Of a stretch of DNA of 64,000 nt, positions 6,685-16,133 are shown one piece after another. This DNA is from Escherichia phage iGC_PHA_EC001, in the sequence record OR437326.1; one strand, written 5' to 3'. The translations under genes and the position numbers were made by a program. Below the pieces are notes generated by a model, which had not been told where the DNA came from, did not search any database, and saw nothing but the letters and a program-made list of their open reading frames with translations. Every line of letters starts with the position of its first letter. Position 1 is the first letter of the stretch.

Positions 6685-7077
6685 ATGAATCTAAAGACTA
6701 AAACTGTATTGAGTTTTGTTTTAATTGTTGTTCTTATTCTTGCCGGAATGTTTGCTTATAACAAGATACGTGAGTCTGGCTACAAAGATGGTGTTGCCTA
6801 TCAAACGCAAGTATATCAAACAGCCCAAGCAAAAGCAAAACAAGATTTTGATGTTCTTCAAAAAAGAGCAGATGAAGAAAGAGCATTATTAAATACTCAA
6901 ATAAACAACTTGTCTAAAAACAATGCACAATTAAAAGCAGATTTAGAGAAGAAGAAACAAACGATCAATGAGGATACAACGAATTATGCAAAAACTAATT
7001 CTGGCAGTATGTCTTGCTTTGCCCCTAATGATGACGGGTTGTTCATCATCAACAAAAGTTTCCCCAGTTCTTATTGA
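6685..7077 (+). CDS. i-spanin (Rz-like inner-membrane spanin subunit)
   Basis: N-terminal transmembrane helix (VLSFVLIVVLILAGMFAY) then long coiled-coil periplasmic domain; o-spanin gene overlaps its 3' end in another frame. Confidence 0.6.
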   Translation: MNLKTKTVLSFVLIVVLILAGMFAYNKIRESGYKDGVAYQTQVYQTAQAKAKQDFDVLQKRADEERALLNTQINNLSKNNAQLKADLEKKKQTINEDTTNYAKTNSGSMSCFAPNDDGLFIINKSFPSSY

Positions 7078-7312
7078 TGAGTGTAAGGCTGTAGCCATAG
7101 AAAAGGTTAAAGGTCCAGATTCGGACTTGATGGATAAAGTATCGACACCTGTGCCATACACTAAAAATCAAATTGCAAAAGGGGTTAGTAGATCTGAAGT
7201 TGTTAACAACCAAACTCAAAACAATGCTCTTTGGGAGCAAGATAGACGAAAGGTTCTAGGTTTACAAACATATATTAAAACACTGCAAGAAAAAGGTATT
7301 ATTGCTGAATAA
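6968..7312 (+). CDS. o-spanin (Rz1-like outer-membrane lipoprotein); start may be ATG at 6986
   Basis: Signal peptide plus lipobox (LALPLMMTG|C), Pro-containing mature part with a second Cys; begins inside i-spanin gene in a different frame. Confidence 0.55.
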   Translation: MRIQRIMQKLILAVCLALPLMMTGCSSSTKVSPVLIDECKAVAIEKVKGPDSDLMDKVSTPVPYTKNQIAKGVSRSEVVNNQTQNNALWEQDRRKVLGLQTYIKTLQEKGIIAE

Positions 7313-7321
7313 GGAGGGAAT

Positions 7322-9397
7322 GTGGCAAAGAAAAAGGCAGCAGGTAGTTTAGCTGGAGTAGATATTGAAGTAAAGGCTCAACCAGGTAAACAGACTCTTG
7401 CAATGGATTTAATGCCAGAAGTTATGATTTATGGTGGTGCCGCTGGATGTGTTTCTGCTGAAACGGAATATCTTACAAAAGATGGTTGGAGGCAGATTAG
7501 TGAATATTCGGGAGAGGATATTTACCAATACAATCCTAAGAATAAGCGTTTAGAATTGGTAACACCTTATTTTGTAGAATACGATTTAAATGGAGATAAC
7601 CTATACAGAATAACAAATGGTGTAGGATTATTCCAAGAACTTAGTATGGAACACCGTTTTGTATTCTATAAGAAAAAGAAATCAAAGAAACATTTCGAGA
7701 TTCTTGTAGGAGATCTTATTGCATTACAGCAAATAGGAAAACCCCTGCAAGGTTATGTAGAAAATCCATTCGGTAAACGTGTTCCTTTTAACATACCTGG
7801 TAAAAAGAGCACTTACTTAAAAATACACGAGGTTATTTCAACAGATGATAAGAAATATTGTTTTGAGACTCCAAGCAGCTATATTGTCTTTAGACGTGGC
7901 GATCACTGCTTCGTTACTGGGAATAGCGGCAAGTCTCGTCTGCTATTGCTGAAAGCTTTAAAATACGCCTACAAAGACCCTTTGTTTGGTGGAATACTTT
8001 TCCGTAAGAACACCACTGCTCACCGTAAACCAGGTGGTCTGTTTACAGAAGCAAAACGTTTGTATCTTCCTTTACAACCACACGTAAAAGAAAGTACAAT
8101 GGATATCATTTTTGAAGCCACTGGTGGTGGAACCCTCAAATTTGACCATTTGGAAAATGATAACGTAACAGCAGAAACAAACCATCAGGGTACACAGTAT
8201 TCAATGGTAGGTTTTGACGAGTTAACCCACTTCACACAATATGAAATGCTCTATCTTCTGGGACGTATGCGTTCAGAGTCAGAAACAAGTTTCATGTTGT
8301 GCACATGTAACCCTGACGCAGATAGTTGGGTTTTGAATTGGGTGTTACCTTATCTTGATGAGGGTGGTTATCCTAGAGAAGATATGTGTGGTAAACAAAA
8401 ATATTTCATCATTGTTAACGATGAACCTGTTTTTGCTGACACACCTGAAGAACTGAAAGAAAAATATCCAGAAAACTGTTTCATGGAAAACCCTAATACA
8501 GGGGAGACAGTTGTTATTGAACCACAAACTTTCGTATTTATTGGTGGGACAATATTTGATAACCCAGAACTCATTAGGCTTAACCCTAATTACTTAGCAC
8601 AGCTTAAATCACAAACAGCTATCAAAAGAGCACAGCTTCTGGACGGTTGTTGGTTTGCACGTATCCAGAAAGAATCTTTCTTTCAACGTGAATGGTTACA
8701 TAAAATATCTTATAAAGATGTTCCTAACAATCTTAAACTAATGCGAGCATGGGATAAAGCTGTTTCAGTTCCTACAGAAACTTACCGTTATCCAGACTAT
8801 ACAACATCTGTCAAAATGGGTAAAGATCAAGATGGTAATATCTACATCTTTGGCGACTATGATTATGATGCTGTGGATGAGAAAAGTAAAATTTTCGGAA
8901 GGTTTCGAAGACTACCTGGGGAAAGGGATAACCTGATTCTAAATCAATGTAAGATTGATGGACCAGAAGTTACAGTAGTGCTTCCTAAAGACCCATCTGG
9001 TGCTGGGACAATAGAATACACAGAGTCTGCAAAGAAACTTATTCTAGAAGGTTTTGTTGTTAAACCAGATGCTATGCCAGGTAACAAGAAAAAGCTTCAG
9101 CGTTTTATGCCTTTTAGTAGTGCGTGTCAAAACGGTTTTGTTTATATTGTTGAAGATTCTTTCCCTAATGTGGAAACTTTAACCCACTTTTATAAAGAAT
9201 TGGAATCTTTCAATGGTGAAAGATCTACAGCCACTATTAAAGATGACATTCCCGATGCTGCTGCCTCTTGTTTTAATACTCTGTCAAAAGAGAATACTTT
9301 CAAAGCAGTAGCTATCCCTACAACAACAAATGCTCCTACAGGATACAGTAGAATGAACAGCGGATTTCACCAACCGTATAGTGTCCGTAAAAGATAA
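7322..9397 (+). CDS. terminase large subunit, precursor containing an intein
   Basis: After removing residues 43-201 the junction reads GGAAG|SGKS, a Walker A P-loop; ATPase/nuclease-sized protein directly upstream of portal. Confidence 0.8.
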   Translation: MAKKKAAGSLAGVDIEVKAQPGKQTLAMDLMPEVMIYGGAAGCVSAETEYLTKDGWRQISEYSGEDIYQYNPKNKRLELVTPYFVEYDLNGDNLYRITNGVGLFQELSMEHRFVFYKKKKSKKHFEILVGDLIALQQIGKPLQGYVENPFGKRVPFNIPGKKSTYLKIHEVISTDDKKYCFETPSSYIVFRRGDHCFVTGNSGKSRLLLLKALKYAYKDPLFGGILFRKNTTAHRKPGGLFTEAKRLYLPLQPHVKESTMDIIFEATGGGTLKFDHLENDNVTAETNHQGTQYSMVGFDELTHFTQYEMLYLLGRMRSESETSFMLCTCNPDADSWVLNWVLPYLDEGGYPREDMCGKQKYFIIVNDEPVFADTPEELKEKYPENCFMENPNTGETVVIEPQTFVFIGGTIFDNPELIRLNPNYLAQLKSQTAIKRAQLLDGCWFARIQKESFFQREWLHKISYKDVPNNLKLMRAWDKAVSVPTETYRYPDYTTSVKMGKDQDGNIYIFGDYDYDAVDEKSKIFGRFRRLPGERDNLILNQCKIDGPEVTVVLPKDPSGAGTIEYTESAKKLILEGFVVKPDAMPGNKKKLQRFMPFSSACQNGFVYIVEDSFPNVETLTHFYKELESFNGERSTATIKDDIPDAAASCFNTLSKENTFKAVAIPTTTNAPTGYSRMNSGFHQPYSVRKR
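7448..7924 (+). mobile_element. mini-intein (159 aa) inserted in the terminase Walker A motif
   Basis: Starts Cys (CVSAETEYLTKDGW, Hint block A-like), ends ...HCFVTGN followed by Ser +1; splicing restores GGAAGSGKS; too short for an endonuclease domain. Confidence 0.7.
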
Positions 9398-9400
9398 TTG

Positions 9401-9429
9401 TTGACAAAAGTCACTTTAAAGTGTATTAT
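9401..9429 (+). promoter_or_regulatory. near-consensus sigma70 promoter (TTGACA-N17-TATTAT) with 12-bp palindrome in spacer
   Basis: TTGACA 9401-9406, TATTAT 9424-9429; palindrome CACTTTAAAGTG at 9412-9423. Confidence 0.55.
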
Positions 9430-9498
9430 AACTAGATAGGTGAGGTTGTATATAATACAGCCTTGCCTTAACGATTTTATACCTGACTGGAGGAACAA

Positions 9499-11064
9499 GT
9501 GTCAACAGGAAAAAGAACGTACACTAAAAAGTCAGAATACTGGGACAAAGGTGCTGCAAATAAAGCTGCTCTCTCTCCAACAAAAGAGGCAGAGAAAGAG
9601 AAAACGTTACTCCTGTCACCTGAAATAGGAACGATCGGATTAAACTCAATCAAAGCATTTACGAATTTCATGCAACCTTATGAGACTCGTTTCCCAGAAT
9701 GTATTCGCACTTTTAAAGAGATGGGTGAAGACCCTGATGTAGCTACTGCTCTTGACGCTACATATATCTTTGTAGATAGAGCATTCTTTGATTTCAAGAT
9801 AAAATACAATGTAAACTCGGCAAAGTCAAGAAAAGCTGCTAAGTTTATTGATTACATGTTACGCAATATGCAAGCCCCTCTACGTCAATATGTTAGATCA
9901 CTTTTGACATATAAGCAATATGGTTTTGCATTTGCAGAGAAAGTTTATGAGTTGGATGAAGATCCTAAAAGTCCTTACTTTGGGTATTGGCGATTAACCA
10001 AACTGGCTTTTAGACCACAAGACACTCTTCACATGGCTCAACCTTTTACATATTCGGCAGACGGACGTTCTATTCTATCTGTTAACCAGAATATCACCAA
10101 TACGATGTTAGCTCCAGGCAATACAACTTTAGAAACTGGTATTAAAGAAATTCCTTTCAGTAAAGTTTTATTTGTTGGTAGCAACATTACAGAGAATAAC
10201 CCACTAGGAGTTAGTCCGCTTTTAGCTGTATATCGTAGCTGGCGTGAAAAATCTCTTATTCAGGAATTTGAGGTTATTGGGGTATCTAAAGATTTAGGTG
10301 GTATGCCAGTTCTTAAGGTTCCAAGTGACATTCTAAACAGGGCATCTTTAGATCCTGCTGGGGATGAAGCACAATCTCTTCGAGTTCTCCAAGCCAACAT
10401 CGCTAACCTGCACTCTGGTGAGCAAGCCTACATGGTATTGCCTTCAGACGTTTATGAAGGCACAGTGATGCGTCAATACGATCTTGTATTCCAAGGTGTT
10501 GATGGCACGGGTAAACAGTTTGACACTCAAGCACTAATCAAACAACGCAAGCTAGATATTTATAACCGCTTTGGTGCGGGTGTGTTGATTATGGGTGATG
10601 GTGATGCAGGAAGTTTTGCGCTTTCTGACAACAAACAAACACTATTGTCTCATTTTATTGAGCGAGATGTAGATATTGTTGTAGAAGCTATAAACTCTCA
10701 ACTGATCCCTCAAACACTACGACTAAACAATATCTTCCTTTCTGATGAAGATATGCCTAAGTTTGTCAGTGGTGAAATGGGTGATCCTGATATTGAAGTA
10801 AATGCTAAAGCTATTCAGCAGTTGGTAGCCTCTGGTGCAATACCTTTAACCCCAGAAGTTATTAACGAGTTCCTTGAAAAAATTGGTTTTGAATATCGCA
10901 TCCCTGACGATATTGTTGCCAATAAAGAGAAATTCTTTGAATTCATGGATAACTATATGCCTGACAAAACTTCACGATCAGGAGATGGTTTAGCTACAGC
11001 GGGAACTGGAACATCTGATACTGTTTCTGCTTTAGATCCTTCAGCACAAAACCTGTCGAATTAA
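9499..11064 (+). CDS. portal protein
   Basis: 521 aa immediately downstream of terminase large subunit; GTG start with GGAGGA upstream; size and position typical. Confidence 0.65.
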   Translation: MSTGKRTYTKKSEYWDKGAANKAALSPTKEAEKEKTLLLSPEIGTIGLNSIKAFTNFMQPYETRFPECIRTFKEMGEDPDVATALDATYIFVDRAFFDFKIKYNVNSAKSRKAAKFIDYMLRNMQAPLRQYVRSLLTYKQYGFAFAEKVYELDEDPKSPYFGYWRLTKLAFRPQDTLHMAQPFTYSADGRSILSVNQNITNTMLAPGNTTLETGIKEIPFSKVLFVGSNITENNPLGVSPLLAVYRSWREKSLIQEFEVIGVSKDLGGMPVLKVPSDILNRASLDPAGDEAQSLRVLQANIANLHSGEQAYMVLPSDVYEGTVMRQYDLVFQGVDGTGKQFDTQALIKQRKLDIYNRFGAGVLIMGDGDAGSFALSDNKQTLLSHFIERDVDIVVEAINSQLIPQTLRLNNIFLSDEDMPKFVSGEMGDPDIEVNAKAIQQLVASGAIPLTPEVINEFLEKIGFEYRIPDDIVANKEKFFEFMDNYMPDKTSRSGDGLATAGTGTSDTVSALDPSAQNLSN

Positions 11065-11092
11065 AAATATTTAATATTTTTTAATTTTTCTA

Positions 11093-11121
11093 TTGACAAA
11101 ACAACAAATATCCTGTAGACT
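11093..11121 (+). promoter_or_regulatory. sigma70-like promoter (TTGACA-N17-TAGACT)
   Basis: Shares CTATTGACAA extended -35 with other promoters in window. Confidence 0.45.
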
Positions 11122-11157
11122 AAGATTTATGGGATATCTGTTTTTAAGAGGTTTCAA

Positions 11158-11637
11158 ATGGAACTCAATAAAGATACACTGTGGGAACTCTTCAAAACCT
11201 TCGCTGGTTTTAAAGAGAATTCTGAATCCCAACAAGATTCTATACCATCTCAAAAACCTGAAACTCTAGTCAAACAAAATAAATTTGATGAAGAAAAGAT
11301 GCAGGTTATTGAGGTCTTGTATTGTCCACCTGAAGAAGACGATCTCCACGGAGAGCGCATGTCTGATTTGGAAATCAGGAAGATGGTTGACAACTTCAAT
11401 GAGAATATTACCAACATTAGTGGTAATCTTGGTCACATGAAGAACACCGATAAGTTTTCTCCAATTAAAGCTTGGGTAAATGAAGTCGATTGTTACATTG
11501 GTGACGAACTCGTTGTGGAAGGAACTCCCCTCGTTAAAATCCAATTCAACGACCCTGAATTATATCAAGCTCGTAAAGACGGCGTTCTTAAAGGTTTGAG
11601 TATAGGCGCAATGGGCGTTAAAGTCAAGAAGGACTAA
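11158..11637 (+). CDS. head morphogenesis protein (possible prohead protease or assembly factor)
   Basis: Position between portal and scaffold/capsid; 159 aa; no catalytic motif recognised with certainty. Confidence 0.35.
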   Translation: MELNKDTLWELFKTFAGFKENSESQQDSIPSQKPETLVKQNKFDEEKMQVIEVLYCPPEEDDLHGERMSDLEIRKMVDNFNENITNISGNLGHMKNTDKFSPIKAWVNEVDCYIGDELVVEGTPLVKIQFNDPELYQARKDGVLKGLSIGAMGVKVKKD

Positions 11638-11639
11638 TC

Positions 11640-12755
11640 GTGGCAAATACATATTTAACTAATGTAGACTTTTCTGGAAAAGCTACGGAAGAGTCACTAG
11701 GTGCTCATATTGCTTACACTTTTGATTTTCAAGGTGGAGCGGCATCTGGTTATAATACCCCCCTTTTATTTAAGTCAGACGGATCTCCAGACATAACTTT
11801 TGAAAAGTTAGAAGCTCTCACTAAAATGGGAGAAGATGTTACAGAGTTACGTAAAAGCTATATTCAACAAGTGATGGATCGCATTTCTGAAAAAGTGCGT
11901 GAAAAATTTGAAGCTGGTTGGGATTGGGTTTACGTTATTGATGCTGACTTCGATGCGAACGTTGCAATTTTCTGTTCAGATAACGGTATGTTCTCTGTTG
12001 GCTTTAAAGTTGACGGACTGAATGTTGAAGTTGAAGAGGTTGCTAAACCTGTTGTTCGTGTTACTGATTATCAAGTTGTTGATGGTGATGTAATGATCTC
12101 CATTGATTTCTTTGAGGACGTTTTAGACGATGCTTTGAGTAATCTCGTTAAGAGTTCCTTGAAACAAAGTCAAGTTAAAGATTATTTAGTGAAAGCTCAC
12201 GCTAAAGCTAATACAAACTCTGTGGATGCAGAGGCTAACCCCGCAGGTGATAAATCTGCAAACACAACTGGAATCAATAAAGGAGAAACCCCTTTGGAAA
12301 ATATCAACAAAGAAGAATTCCTGAAATCTGCTGAATTCCAAGAACTGATGAAAGCACAGATCGCTGAAGCTGTAGAAAAAGCAGCCGCAGATGCACGTGC
12401 AGCCGCAGAACTTGAAGCACAGGAAAAAATCGCTAAGGCAGAACAGGAAGCAGAAGAACTTCGTAAAGCTGAACAAGCTCGTATCGAAGAAGAATATACA
12501 ACTGTTGTTAAATCCTATTCTTTCGTAGAAGAAGACAAAGTTGAAGCTCTCGTTAAATATCTGGTAGACAATAAAGATATCGCTGAAACTATCGTCAAAG
12601 CATTCGAAAAAGCACGTGCAGAAGTGGACGCAGTTAAGAAAGAATTTGGAACAGAACGTGGTGTTGACGTGATCAATACTCAACCTGTAGCTAAATCTTC
12701 TTCTGAACTGATTAGTCAGAAAGCTGCTGAACTTAAAAAAGCCCAGAAACAATAA
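11640..12755 (+). CDS. putative scaffolding protein
   Basis: GTG start; C-terminal half is Ala/Glu/Lys-rich coiled coil (AAADARAAAELEAQEKIAKAEQEAEELRKAEQ); located before decoration and capsid genes. Confidence 0.45.
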   Translation: MANTYLTNVDFSGKATEESLGAHIAYTFDFQGGAASGYNTPLLFKSDGSPDITFEKLEALTKMGEDVTELRKSYIQQVMDRISEKVREKFEAGWDWVYVIDADFDANVAIFCSDNGMFSVGFKVDGLNVEVEEVAKPVVRVTDYQVVDGDVMISIDFFEDVLDDALSNLVKSSLKQSQVKDYLVKAHAKANTNSVDAEANPAGDKSANTTGINKGETPLENINKEEFLKSAEFQELMKAQIAEAVEKAAADARAAAELEAQEKIAKAEQEAEELRKAEQARIEEEYTTVVKSYSFVEEDKVEALVKYLVDNKDIAETIVKAFEKARAEVDAVKKEFGTERGVDVINTQPVAKSSSELISQKAAELKKAQKQ

Positions 12756-12774
12756 TCTTAGGAGATTAAATTAA

Positions 12775-13173
12775 ATGGCTAAAGGAATTACTTTATCTAA
12801 CTCTCGCCAGGAATTCGGACACCTGGTTCTGGGTGGAGTGTTTAGCTCTGACCTTGGACACTGTGTACGTGAAGTTAACCTGGTTAAAACAGCAACCATG
12901 AAAATTGGTTCTATCCTGAAAGCTGACAACACTGAAGCTGCTAAAGCTGAAGCTGCCGATGCTGCTAAAGTTCTGATTTGGACTGATGCTCTGTTCGGTA
13001 TTGACGATGTAGCAGTAGGTGATACTTTCACCGCAGTTGTTGGCGTACGTGATCTTACTCTGAACCGCTTTGCAGTATACTACAAAGATGGCTCCCTGGT
13101 AGATGACGCTGGCGTAGCAGCACTGGAAACACATGATCTGAAACTGACCGAAAAAGTCGTTTTCACTTCTTAA
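12775..13173 (+). CDS. putative head decoration protein
   Basis: 132 aa directly upstream of the major capsid gene, as in lambda D-E arrangement; strong RBS. Confidence 0.4.
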   Translation: MAKGITLSNSRQEFGHLVLGGVFSSDLGHCVREVNLVKTATMKIGSILKADNTEAAKAEAADAAKVLIWTDALFGIDDVAVGDTFTAVVGVRDLTLNRFAVYYKDGSLVDDAGVAALETHDLKLTEKVVFTS

Positions 13174-13194
13174 TTTTAATAGGAGATTAATATA

Positions 13195-14196
13195 ATGCCA
13201 GCAGTAATTTTAGATCAGGTTGTAGATTTCAGCCCTATGATCGAACTTCAGGATTCCCCTGATACACTGATTGCCAGCCTGAATCTGTTCAGTGTTGACT
13301 ATCATTCAACTACCGCTATTGAAATCGGTAAAGAAAAAGCTGAAGATGCTCTGATCTCCGCTCGTGAGCGTGGTGGTGAGCGTAACTTCCTGACCATGAA
13401 AAATACAGAACTGAAAGCGTTCCGCATTCCGTTCTTCCCTCTGGATAAAAACATCAAAGCTCAAGATATTCAATCTTTCCGTAGCTTTGCAATGGCAGGA
13501 ATCAATGACTCTCTGCGCACAGACGCTGAAGTTGTTAACCGCTATATGTCCCAGATTCTGCGTGACGTAGCAAAAACCAAAGAGAAAATCTTTGCAGAAG
13601 CAGTTATGGGTCGTGCCTATAACGGCGTAGGTGGTGCAGCTAACTCTGCATACAACTGGTATACCGAATGGGGTGCTACCCAGAAATCTGTTGCTGTAGA
13701 CTTTGCTTCTACCACTGTTTCTCCAGCAGCCACTATCGAACAAGAAGCTCGTGCTTACATCATCGATACTAAACAAGATGGCTCTACCGCTACCCGTATC
13801 GTAGCTCTGTGTTCTCGTGAGTTTTTCGCATCTCTGGTTAACTCTCCATTTGTTCGCCAGGCATATCAGTATTTCCAGGGAACTCCTAACCTTCTGCGTG
13901 ACCGCCTTAGCGGTAACATGGATGTTCAGGTGTTCGAATGGAACGGTGTAACTTACATTGAAGATATCCACGGTAACATCCCTGCTGGTGAAGCATATGT
14001 TCTGCCTATGGGTATCGAAGGTATGTTCCAGGCGCACTACGCTCCTGCGGATACTCCAGAACTGGCTAACACCCAGGCTCGTGAACTGTATACCTTCATG
14101 ATCAGCCAGCACCGCACTATTCAGCTTCAGTCTGAATTCTCGCTGCTCGCAGTTAACACCCGTCCAGAACTGGTAGTTAAACTGACTACGGCTTAA
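13195..14196 (+). CDS. major capsid protein (lambda gpE-like family)
   Basis: 333 aa, size and C-terminal motif pattern (...ANTQARELYTFMI...) reminiscent of lambda E; followed by a strong terminator. Confidence 0.65.
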   Translation: MPAVILDQVVDFSPMIELQDSPDTLIASLNLFSVDYHSTTAIEIGKEKAEDALISARERGGERNFLTMKNTELKAFRIPFFPLDKNIKAQDIQSFRSFAMAGINDSLRTDAEVVNRYMSQILRDVAKTKEKIFAEAVMGRAYNGVGGAANSAYNWYTEWGATQKSVAVDFASTTVSPAATIEQEARAYIIDTKQDGSTATRIVALCSREFFASLVNSPFVRQAYQYFQGTPNLLRDRLSGNMDVQVFEWNGVTYIEDIHGNIPAGEAYVLPMGIEGMFQAHYAPADTPELANTQARELYTFMISQHRTIQLQSEFSLLAVNTRPELVVKLTTA

Positions 14197-14216
14197 TAGA
14201 ACTCTGTTAATATTAG

Positions 14217-14248
14217 AGGCTCGTCCGTGATGGGCGAGCCTTTTCTGT
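14217..14248 (+). terminator. intrinsic terminator after major capsid gene
   Basis: 9-bp GC-rich stem AGGCTCGTCC / GGGCGAGCC with 5-nt loop followed by TTTTCTGTTT. Confidence 0.65.
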
Positions 14249-14280
14249 TTACAATAAGAGTTTACAACGAGGAGATTGAT

Positions 14281-14625
14281 ATGTCAAACCCAGAATTGAA
14301 ACGTTACTTTAGTTATCACGAAATGATTCGTGATTTCGAATCGCTTTCACCACTGATCGATGCTGATAAAACATTAGTATCTGCGCCACCAATGTCTTTC
14401 TATCTGAAAGATGGTCGTATTGCATTAGGTGGAAACTTCATTCACTTCCTCACGCGTTTGAGAGAAGAAACAGGTATTCTTGTGCATCCTTTTGCAAGTG
14501 AAGAACACATGGGTTACTATCTTGTAAGTTACGAAGACTATTCACCTGTAAAAATCAAAGAAGAAGTTTTAAAAGTAGAAGCGGTAGACACTCCAGCTAA
14601 AAAACGTTCCCTTCGTAAAAAATAA
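14281..14625 (+). CDS. hypothetical head-tail joining region protein (114 aa)
   Basis: ATG at 14281 with GAGGAG upstream; track start 14227 lies inside the terminator hairpin. Confidence 0.4.
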   Translation: MSNPELKRYFSYHEMIRDFESLSPLIDADKTLVSAPPMSFYLKDGRIALGGNFIHFLTRLREETGILVHPFASEEHMGYYLVSYEDYSPVKIKEEVLKVEAVDTPAKKRSLRKK

Positions 14626-14634
14626 GGTGGGCTT

Positions 14635-15183
14635 ATGCTGAATGCGGTAGAGTTGGCACCACTGATCCGAATTCTTGTTTATAACCCTTCTCAAGAAGTA
14701 TTGCCAGATGCAATGCTGATTCAGATCATCCAAACTTGGATTGATATTATAGGGAATGAAGATAAGGATAAGTGTGCAGTATTGTGGAACAGCTTGATTT
14801 CTGTTTTAGAGTATCTATGGAACAACGATGTTCTTAACAACAGTACTCAAACAGGAGGAGCTATGTCCCGCAGAGAAAAGATGGGTGAAGTCGAAGTTGA
14901 AGTTAAATTTAACAACGGTCAAGTAACTTATAAGTCTCCGTGGGAAGATATTTATCATAACTATTTAAATGGTCTTATGGTCATTCCTGGGTGCACGGCA
15001 GGACGAGGAGCAACCAGTAAAGTTCTTATTGGCGGTGTGGATGCTCGTGAGATTGATCGAGTAAACAGCGATCCTAACTCTGTGAATGGTCTTGGTAATG
15101 TTGCAAGTGTTGATCGTAATACACGCAACGTTAATTATTTGCGAAATTACGGACCTGTTTCTTTTTATCGTAGGGACAAATAA
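14635..15183 (+). CDS. hypothetical structural protein (182 aa)
   Basis: ORF track; in head-tail connector region. Confidence 0.4.
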   Translation: MLNAVELAPLIRILVYNPSQEVLPDAMLIQIIQTWIDIIGNEDKDKCAVLWNSLISVLEYLWNNDVLNNSTQTGGAMSRREKMGEVEVEVKFNNGQVTYKSPWEDIYHNYLNGLMVIPGCTAGRGATSKVLIGGVDAREIDRVNSDPNSVNGLGNVASVDRNTRNVNYLRNYGPVSFYRRDK

Positions 15184-15671
15184 TGGAAAGTGAGATCTTA
15201 CCAGGTGATGATACAGATTGGGAAACCATTATCAAAAAGATGATGGACCTTGAACAAGTTCAAATCGAAGCTGGTTTTTTAACAAACAAAAGGCATCCTG
15301 AATCAGATCTCACTATTCCTGCAATAGCAGCTATTCAACAATATGGTAATGAAACAAATAACATACCTGCTCGCCCTTTTATAACAGATGGTGCTGTTAT
15401 CTCACAGAACAATATCGCTAAAAAGATGAAGCAGGTGTTTGCAAATTACTTACTGAATAATGTCGGGTTAGCTGTTTTTGAGCCTATAGCGAGAGCCTCT
15501 AGAGAAGGAATAGCTCAAGCGATTGCAATGCAACGTTATCGTCCTTTATCTCCTGTGACAATTAAGATACGACAAGATAAAGGCAACTATTCTAATCATA
15601 TCTTAATAGATACGGCACACATGATAAATGCAATCGAAACAAAAATCACAAAAAGCAAGTCTAAAAAATAA
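15183..15671 (+). CDS. hypothetical structural protein (162 aa)
   Basis: ORF track; ATGA overlap with previous gene. Confidence 0.4.
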   Translation: MESEILPGDDTDWETIIKKMMDLEQVQIEAGFLTNKRHPESDLTIPAIAAIQQYGNETNNIPARPFITDGAVISQNNIAKKMKQVFANYLLNNVGLAVFEPIARASREGIAQAIAMQRYRPLSPVTIKIRQDKGNYSNHILIDTAHMINAIETKITKSKSKK

Positions 15672-15716
15672 CTTGCATAAACTTTGTTTTTGATGTATAC
15701 TAAAAAGGAGATACAA

Positions 15717-16133
15717 GTGTTACTAGATCAATTTACTCTCCTTGATCTAACTGAATACCAAGGTCGTAGACGAGTCTACAAAGAGGCCGTTGGTTCAGTT
15801 ATTGCTAACTTAGAAAGTAGTGTAGAATATGAACCATTTACTATTGAAGCGGCAAGCTTACAACCGATATCTGGTAAAACACTGAATGCACTACCCGAAG
15901 GTTACAGATCTAAGGCTCAATATAGTTTCTGGACTAAAACAGAAATGAAGGGGTTACAACAAGGAACAGAACAGTTATCAGATCAAATATTGATAGATGG
16001 TAAATGGTATTCTGTTTATTCCCTTAAAGATTGGACCAGAACATCTTTCTTAGTCCATCATCACTGTGTTGCAATATTAGACGATCAAAACAACTCCTGG
16101 TCTTATGGAACAGAAGGAGGAAACTTTGGCTAA
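15717..16133 (+). CDS. hypothetical structural protein (GTG start)
   Basis: GTG at 15717 with AAGGAG 6 nt upstream; track start 15684 reads through this RBS. Confidence 0.4.
   Translation: MLLDQFTLLDLTEYQGRRRVYKEAVGSVIANLESSVEYEPFTIEAASLQPISGKTLNALPEGYRSKAQYSFWTKTEMKGLQQGTEQLSDQILIDGKWYSVYSLKDWTRTSFLVHHHCVAILDDQNNSWSYGTEGGNFG

Noticed and set aside
12186-14112. Long minus-strand ORFs (188 aa, 113 aa, 268 aa) opposite scaffold, decoration and capsid genes
   Set aside because: Antisense shadows of highly expressed structural genes; low-complexity Phe/Cys-rich translations; no RBS.
14227-14280. Upstream extension of gene 14281-14625 (track start 14227)
   Set aside because: The extension begins inside the terminator hairpin after the capsid gene; ATG 14281 has its own GAGGAG.
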